A stretch of DNA of 63,025 nt, the filler included, from Olpidium bornovanus S191 (lineage: Eukaryota > Fungi > Olpidiomycota): assembly GCA_017911155.1 (NCBI GenBank). It is 27 parts of 27 records of this genome, joined end to end, with 100 filler letters (N's around TTAATTAATTAA, not from the genome) between each part and the next. Parts side by side here need not be neighbours in the genome. Positions count along the whole stretch, not along the records: positions 56,906 to 58,420 come from JAEFCI010008144.1; positions 58,521 to 59,723 come from JAEFCI010001456.1; positions 59,824 to 60,950 come from JAEFCI010005275.1; positions 61,051 to 63,025 come from JAEFCI010006991.1; 23 more parts are not named here. One strand, given 5' to 3'. The translations under genes and the position numbers were made by a program. The notes under the pieces are model-generated. The model was given only the letters and a program-made list of their open reading frames with translations, did no database searches and was not told the origin of the DNA. Below are positions 56,906 through 63,025 of the stretch, in pieces; position 1 is the stretch's first letter; every line of letters begins with the position of its first letter.

Positions 56906-58420
56906 CATGGCACAGAAAGAAAAGGGAAAATTGGAAGCTACACCTCGGGGTCGACCGCTTCGTCACGTTCAGGCAGAATGAGCGAGTCTTCTTGCTCGTG
57001 ATAAAATTTCAGACGGCGACCAGACGACGACCCGCCACCGCTGCCTTGAACGGTGCCGTCTCCCCGGGCTTCCTCAAAGCGTACGATCCATTACCGTTGT
57101 CCACCGCGATTTCGTGTGGACCTGCCAACTGTCCTGTCGAGGTAGTCTCTTTCCAGCTCTCAAAGACTAGGACAGGATCGCCGACCTTTAAAGACGTTTT
57201 TCGAGCGAGGAGGCGTTGCCGAGTAAGCCATTTACTGTGCTCCTGAGTCAACAACGTCGCTAGTTGAACCGTCCGGCGCGTCTTCAATTCCTCTAACGCC
57301 GGCAATCGTTTCTGATAAACGTCGATCTGCTGGTCCTCGTCCTTGTCATAGACGTCCACCTCGTTGTCGACCGGCAGGCGCGCCTCGAAACCATACTTCC
57401 AAAAGAATGCACTTCCCCCGACATACAGGTAACGCCTACTGGTGTTACGTACTAGACGGCGTCGTCGAACACGTCGGCCCATTTCTTTCCCTGGGCGACC
57501 ATGAGACGAGTCAGAACCTTCTTGATTTCCTGCACTGACCGCTCGGCTGCACCGTTTGCTTGGGGAATGTATGCAGCTGTGCGGTATGCCTTAATTTGGT
57601 AGGCTAAGCTGATCCTCCTTCGAAACCCTTTCCCATATTCAGATCGGCAGTCGGTGGTGACGGATCGCGGGACGCCGTGTTTCCGGACAATCTGACCAAC
57701 GAGCCTGAAGGAAGACTTCTTGTTGGGCGCCGAACGGCAGCGCCTCCCGACAACCCATCCAGAAATGCGTTCTATGCCTAGCTGAAAACACCGAAATCCA
57801 CCGGAGGGAAGTAAGGCACCGCTGCTATCGAGATGCCAAGTTTCGAAAATGGCGGGGAATTTCCCGGTCTCCGTCGGGACGACCTCCTCTCGTTGCTTGG
57901 TGGTGCTCCGCTAGCAAGTATCGCGACAAAGGACGTAGGAGCGGACGTCCTCGTCCATGCCCGGCCAATGGTATCGGGCGCGAACCCGTGCCAAGGTCGT
58001 GGCAGATCCGTAGTGACCCGCATCGTTGTGTAAAGCAAAAGGGAACCGCTCCTTCGTAGGCGCATCACAGCGCAGTAGAACGCGGCGTGCGCAGGCGCTG
58101 TTTCGGCGATGCAGGAGACCGCCGAGCAAAGCAAAACGCGGGAGTTGTTTCCGAAGCTGAGGCTCAAGCTGGGCAAATGTTCCATCCGCCAGGGCTCTGC
58201 CGATCGCCACGAGGTTGGCATCCGCGAATCGGTTGGAGAAGTGTAAGGTGGATAATACCTTCCAACGTGTCTTCGCGCCCGACTCGCACGGCTAGCACGG
58301 GCCATCGTGGGGCACCGACTGCGACGCGGTTCGCGGTATATCCAGGTAAGAAAATGTCAAAGTCGCGCGGGGGAGCCACGGGAACGGCGACGGCCTGGCT
58401 CCGAATGGCAGCGAACCATG
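56906..58420 (-). mobile_element. Decayed Ty3/gypsy pol fragment (RNase H end plus integrase)
   Basis: Zn-binding H.DAGHYG..TTLARVRARYHWPGM.EDVR.YV..C.TC*; core FETWHLD...G.PRSVTTD..SEY...YIPQANGAAERSVQEIK; GPY/F-like LAGPHEI...NGSYAL. Stops and altered catalytic context. Confidence 0.93.
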
Positions 58421-58520
58421 NNNNNNNNNNNNNNNNNNNNNNNNNNNNNNNNNNNNNNNNNNNNTTAATTAATTAANNNNNNNNNNNNNNNNNNNNNNNN
58501 NNNNNNNNNNNNNNNNNNNN

Positions 58521-58625
58521 GCATGCAACGCAGAATCTGTCGTAGAATCTGACGTAGAATCAGAAGCAGAATCCAAAGGAGAACCTGATGCAGAATCAGA
58601 ATCTGACGCAGAATCTGTTAGGAAT
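58521..58625 (+). repeat. Degenerate 6/12-bp repeat (GCAGAATCT/GTAGAATCTGAC), probably an acidic coding stretch (AESVVESDVESEAES...)
   Basis: Recurrent AGAATC every 6-12 bp. Reads AES/VES on plus and SDSA on minus. Confidence 0.6.
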
Positions 58626-58817
58626 GTAAATTCCCGTTGTGCGTCTTTCATATTTCTCCTTCTACTCAGAACCCCTGAATGTTTCACTTCATTTCCCTTA
58701 TAACGCGTAAATTCGCTGTACAATATAACGCCTATCTCGGCGCAACCTCTCAAACTCAACAGGTTATGAGCCCAACCCGGACTAAGTAGCTCGCAGCCGC
58801 TGCAGCTCGCAGTCACC

Positions 58818-59160
58818 GCAGCTTCGTCGTCCTCTACGACACCTGCGTTCGCCGCGCCGCCATCGTACGCAGCTTCGTCGCCTTCTATGACACCTGCGTT
58901 CGCCGCTGCGTCGCCATCGTCCGCAGCTTCGTCATCTTCTACGACACCTGCGTTCGCCGCTGCGCCGCTGCGCCACCATCGTCCGCAGCTTCGTCGCCTT
59001 CTACGACACCTGCGCTCGCCGCTGCGCCACCATCGTCCGCAGCTTCGTCGCCTTCTACGACACCTGCGTTCGCCGCTGCGCCGCTGCAGCTTCGTCGTCT
59101 TCTACGACACCTGCGTTCGCCGCAGCGCCGCTGCGGCTTCGTCATATTCTACAACGCCTG
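58818..59160. repeat. GC-rich minisatellite, about 7 units of 47-62 bp
   Basis: Core GCAGCTTCGTCGYCTTCTACGACACCTGCGTTCGCCGCTGCG repeated at about 58818, 58870, 58923, 58985, 59039, 59086 and 59133, with variable numbers of CGCCGCTG sub-units. Confidence 0.93.
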
Positions 59161-59439
59161 TTACAGGTTCCCCTCTCTCGTTCACTCGCCGCCCCTAACG
59201 ACCCGCTTCCATTATGCCTTTGGAAGAAGCCACCGGAAACTCCACGGGGGGGGGGCGTCCCGAGTGCCCAAGTCAAAGCCCAGCAAGGCGGCCATCTTCT
59301 CGAACCGTTTCGAAGGAGACAGGCTTTTGGACGACCCTGACACTCCTTATACCCCCCATATGCCGGGGCGAGCGCCTGGCGCACACCATGCACTCTGAGG
59401 AACGCCGGCGTAACATACCTACCATTCGGGCACTCACTG

Positions 59440-59723
59440 GAAATGCGGACCAATGTGTCAGAAGCGGGATGGGGAGCAAACATCTACTGGAACGGGATGT
59501 TGCGCCGGTTACATCACCGCTGGAAAGCGGACGACTTCCGGGGGCTCAGATTTGATCACCGAGCAGTCTCGGCTGCGATTTCGGGAGCGCAACCGCTGAC
59601 AGATGTTGTGAGTACCAATATTCTCGAGAGTCTGACCATTCTACTCACATTTCAGAAGTTCGGGAGTCAGTTCCCGGCGATGCTGCTAGGGCAACAGGTT
59701 CTGGTCATGACAGACAACATCAC
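59440..59723 (+). mobile_element. DIRS-like (tyrosine-recombinase retrotransposon) RNase H fragment
   Basis: TNVSEAGWGA...W / STNILESLTILLTFQKF....LLGQQVLVMTDNI(T) matches DIRS1 RNase H TDAS..GWGA / HIN.LEL.A..LAL..F...L.G..VLV.TDN.T. The first catalytic Asp reads Asn; frameshifted. Confidence 0.78.
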
Positions 59724-59823
59724 NNNNNNNNNNNNNNNNNNNNNNNNNNNNNNNNNNNNNNNNNNNNTTAATTAATTAANNNNNNNNNNNNNNNNNNNNN
59801 NNNNNNNNNNNNNNNNNNNNNNN

Positions 59824-60950
59824 CCATGTACTCGAGGACGATGTTACCGTGGACGTCGGCGGCCTCGTAGTCCACGCGGGCGACCTCGATAACCTCGCGG
59901 GTCGTCTTCAGCCACACGGTGCCCTTCGTGTTGACTTTGGAGAAAATCTTGTTGCTGCCGTTCTGGGCGAAGGTCTCCAGGCGGAAGATGAGGCCGGCTC
60001 CGGGGGCGAGCGCGGAACCGTCCGCGTTCCACCTGAGCCACGGCTTCGACTTGAGAACCTCCACGTCCTTCCGCGAGGCGCAGACGACCTGCACCGGCTG
60101 CTCCGTCCTCCGCGTGAAGGTCTTGTCGTAGTCGGTGAATTTCCCGCGGTACAGGAAAGAGCTTGTCACTTCCATGATCGCGACGCCCTGCTTTTTCAGG
60201 GTGGCCTTGACCTCTACTACTTTCCCGGCATCGGTGATGACGACCGAGTTCAAAACGGACTCGGTGAGTATCTCGTCCCCTGCGCGCAGGACTTCCCGCG
60301 CGTCCAAGACCCGGAACTGGTTTGACAAGTGGACGAGGCGCAGGAGATCGCCGTCGCAGCAGAGGACGCCTTGCAGCAGGCTCGACCACGCCACCGAGAT
60401 GGCGAAATCCATGGGCGCTACCTGCTGGTCGCCGTCGAAGTACATCTCTGCGTGGTTCTCGATGACCTGGACGAAATCGGAAACGTTCCGCGGGGTGATC
60501 TTGAAAGTCGACGTAAATGTGTCGAACGGGCTGACGTCAATGCAGCTGGCATCGAGGGACCAGAGCGCCGCGTAGAATCTCTTGATGTTCGCGTTGCGGC
60601 CCTGGAACAAGGGGTGGGGTTGCGGAGTCGCCAACAAAGAAGGTGAGTCACCGAGTAGGGTTTATTGACGACGGCACAGGATTTAATAATCCTGGTACGG
60701 TTACAAACCTGCATCACTTCGTGGATAGGGTTATACCCTTGGCGAGGTTGGTACCTGAAAAACAGTTCCAGAGGGACGACTTTCTGTTTCCGCTCCTCAT
60801 TCAAGGTCAGCGTGATGACGTCGTCGGTCTTATTAATGACCACAGACGAGTTGCGGCGCGGGGGCGACTTGTTGTCCTCCATGTGGTACACCGTGACCAG
60901 GAGCGGTTCCCCGGCGGTGTTGTACTTGATGAACACTGTCTGCCCCGGGC
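59824..60950 (-). CDS. FAS1: Fungal-type fatty acid synthase beta subunit, dehydratase region (internal fragment)
   Basis: VPLELFFRYQPRQGYNPIHEVMQ|GRNANIKRFYAALW; APMDFAISVAW..L...L..DGDLLRLVHLSNQFR....L..GD..........V.ITDAGKVVEV.A......IMEVTSSFLYRGKFTDYDKTF. Intron 60602-60708 (GT-AG). Confidence 0.96.
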
Positions 60951-61528
60951 NNNNNNNNNNNNNNNNNNNNNNNNNNNNNNNNNNNNNNNNNNNNTTAATT
61001 AATTAANNNNNNNNNNNNNNNNNNNNNNNNNNNNNNNNNNNNNNNNNNNNCATGAAATTGGAAAAATCCTCAAATACTTGTCGAGAAGGGACCGAAAAGC
61101 GAGCGGAATCAATTACCAGCACCAACCGTTTTATCTGGGGGGCGAGGCAGTATGGGTCACGCCAGAAATAACGAGTAATATCGGGGAACAAGAGGAGGCG
61201 AGAAGCGAGATAACGCGTAAAAGGGAAAATTGGGTGCGACGCGTGAGACTGGCCAGACAGAGGCGAATTTTCCACGAGCCCCCGAGAATTGGAACCGTAG
61301 AAGACTTCCCTTCCCGAACAGAACGAAGAGAATAGAGGACGAGAGAGAAAACGGAGAAAGAAGTGGGCCACGGTATTATGAGTTGCCGCCGGCCGCCTAC
61401 AGTGAGGAGATTAGGAGTATTGGCGGGGAGAGAGGGAGAGAAGGGCTGAGATCCCTTGTGCCGACGAAGCCCCCTGACACGTACGCCCTGGCGCGTTCCA
61501 GACTAACCGCCGTTCATCCCTGAGGTTT

Positions 61529-63025
61529 TTACTCAACAACGTAGGTTATTAGCGGGATCGGGTAGCAATCATCAGGCAGCCGATGGTTGATCACGCAAGG
61601 ATCTAGGCATACCCTGCGTATGGTGTTGTCGACTTTGCCATTGGCGCCCTTCTTAAAAGCCGTCGTGAAAGAGTTGTTGAAACTGTTGGCCACGGTGGCA
61701 AGCGCGGTGCGGCCCCTCCGGTACCAGCCATTCAACGTTTCGTCGACGATGGAATGGAAAATCTTCGTAATGGGATATTGTCGGACAAAGAAGCCCGTTT
61801 CGTCGGTGATGTTAGGTGAACGACAGCTTCAGGGAGCAGGCACACCGCCGACAGGAGAGTCACTTTGTTCGCGGCAATCGCAGGTTGGAGGCAGGCTTCG
61901 AGGCCACGGCGAGAATTAGTGAGAGATGCCGGCTCTTTCGGATCGATGGCGACCAGCGGTAGCAGGCGATTCGGGAAAGGCTGGGCAACAGCTTGAACGA
62001 GGAAAAATGCCGCAAGGTTCGTCTCTGCTATGCGCATTTCACGGAGGAATTAGCAGCCTAACAAGCAGTCCTGGGTTTTGAGGCTTGGGCATGATGCCGG
62101 CTGTGAGGGTCGCTCGGCAATCACCACAGCGGACCTCAACCGTGGGAAAGCCAGAGAGGAGGCCTTGCATACGATTGGCAAGGTGGACTGCGGAGCTACA
62201 TGGCCGTACTGTACTTCCAACGCAAACGCTGATGAATAAATGCGATGAGCCGTTGCCGACTTGGCCGTAGGTGGCGTGTCCTTGGATCGTAAGGGGGCAC
62301 ATAACGGGAGGCGGGCCCAGCAGAAAATGATTGCCTGGGTTATCACTCGGCAGGTCGACCGCGGCGTGGGCGGCATCAATCATGAAGCTGGCGGTAGCCG
62401 CTTGTGGGGAGATTCCCTGGTCCTGATCCCTGGTCCTGATTGAGCCGTCGCGCATATCGCTCGTAATCATTTAGGCCTTCATCCTGGGGCGGAGCGGCCC
62501 CGCTGGTCACCGCCGTCAGCTTCACCGCCGTCAACAGCGGCTTGAGCTGGGCAAGCGGCTAGACAATCCTTGGCTATAGGCCCATTTCTCTGACAGCAGT
62601 GGCATTGCAGATCTTTGGCCGGAGGGCGCGATTGCTGTGGCGGGCGCGGCGGCCTGCCGGCTGGGTTGCGCTGTTTCTGACGGAGATCATCTGCCTGACG
62701 CCGGAGTATGTTGGACTCGTGAGTCGCGTGGTTGCCCGCGAAGTGTAGGATACACGGGAAGCCCGGGGCGCCCGCTTTGGCCGCGAGTCGCTGGCTATGC
62801 TTTGCGACTGCCGTGGCAGCAGCGATCCTGGCAATCTGGATATCCGTGGCGGGCGCAGCGGCGGCAGAAGTAGCAGATTGGTGACCAAAACGCCATTGGC
62901 TGCGGGTGGGGCCCGTCTCAGGCGTCCAATTTTTTTTTGCAATGATGCCGTGCACGGCATCAGCGTGGTGGACGTAGGTCAAGAGATCCTGGCCGTAAAG
63001 CACCTTTGCCTGTCGGAAGTCATGA
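61529..63025 (-). mobile_element. Decayed Ty3/gypsy element: gag end (Zn knuckle), protease, start of RT
   Basis: QCHCCQRNGPIAKDC (CX2CX4HX4C with H to P); GQVGNGSSHLFIS (L.DSGA.H.FIS with catalytic D lost); RQYPI..IVDETL..W...SFNNSFTTAFKK...RRVCLDP..INH.LPDDCYPIPLI (gypsy RT N-terminal motifs). Truncated by a stop near 61529. Confidence 0.9.

Noticed and set aside
58521-58625. Bacterial Sdr-type Ser-Asp repeat adhesin (SDSDSAS on minus)
   Set aside because: Only about 30 codons with no sorting signal; a simple hexamer repeat that reads equally well as AES/VES on plus.
58818-59160. CRISPR-like array
   Set aside because: Units are tandem with no unique spacers, and the context is eukaryotic with no cas genes.

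Overview
This window is not a contiguous locus. It is 27 short contigs (about 1.1-3.9 kb) of a fragmented eukaryotic assembly, joined by 26 identical 100-bp artificial linkers (N44-TTAATTAATTAA-N44), so no neighbourhood can be inferred across linkers. The DNA is GC-rich, has GT-AG introns and is full of long homopolymer runs. Gene content points to an early-diverging (non-Dikarya, possibly zoosporic) fungus: fungal-type FAS1, LOC1 and spherulin-4 occur alongside genes yeasts lack or have reduced (condensin II kleisin CAP-H2, TMEM94/ERMA-like, TOG5-containing XMAP215, TRAPPC11, a NUP153-like N-terminus). Other recognisable genes, mostly partial, are NBP35, CDC45, UFE1/STX18, mitochondrial IF3, dynactin p150, SEN34, PUF6, CDC40/PRP17, DNAJC9 and a cNMP-binding protein. 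There are two tRNA genes (intron-containing Tyr-GTA; initiator Met), a processed RPP0 pseudogene, and decayed copia, gypsy and DIRS-like retroelement fragments. I found no convincing novel multi-gene system. The best leads are the condensin II subunit, the RPP0 retrocopy next to a gag-like relic, a higher-order 167-bp repeat with 23-26-nt intron-shaped modules, poly(A) tracts upstream of start codons, and CATG at 19 of 52 contig ends (probably technical). All family assignments are from recalled motif similarity; no database search was run.
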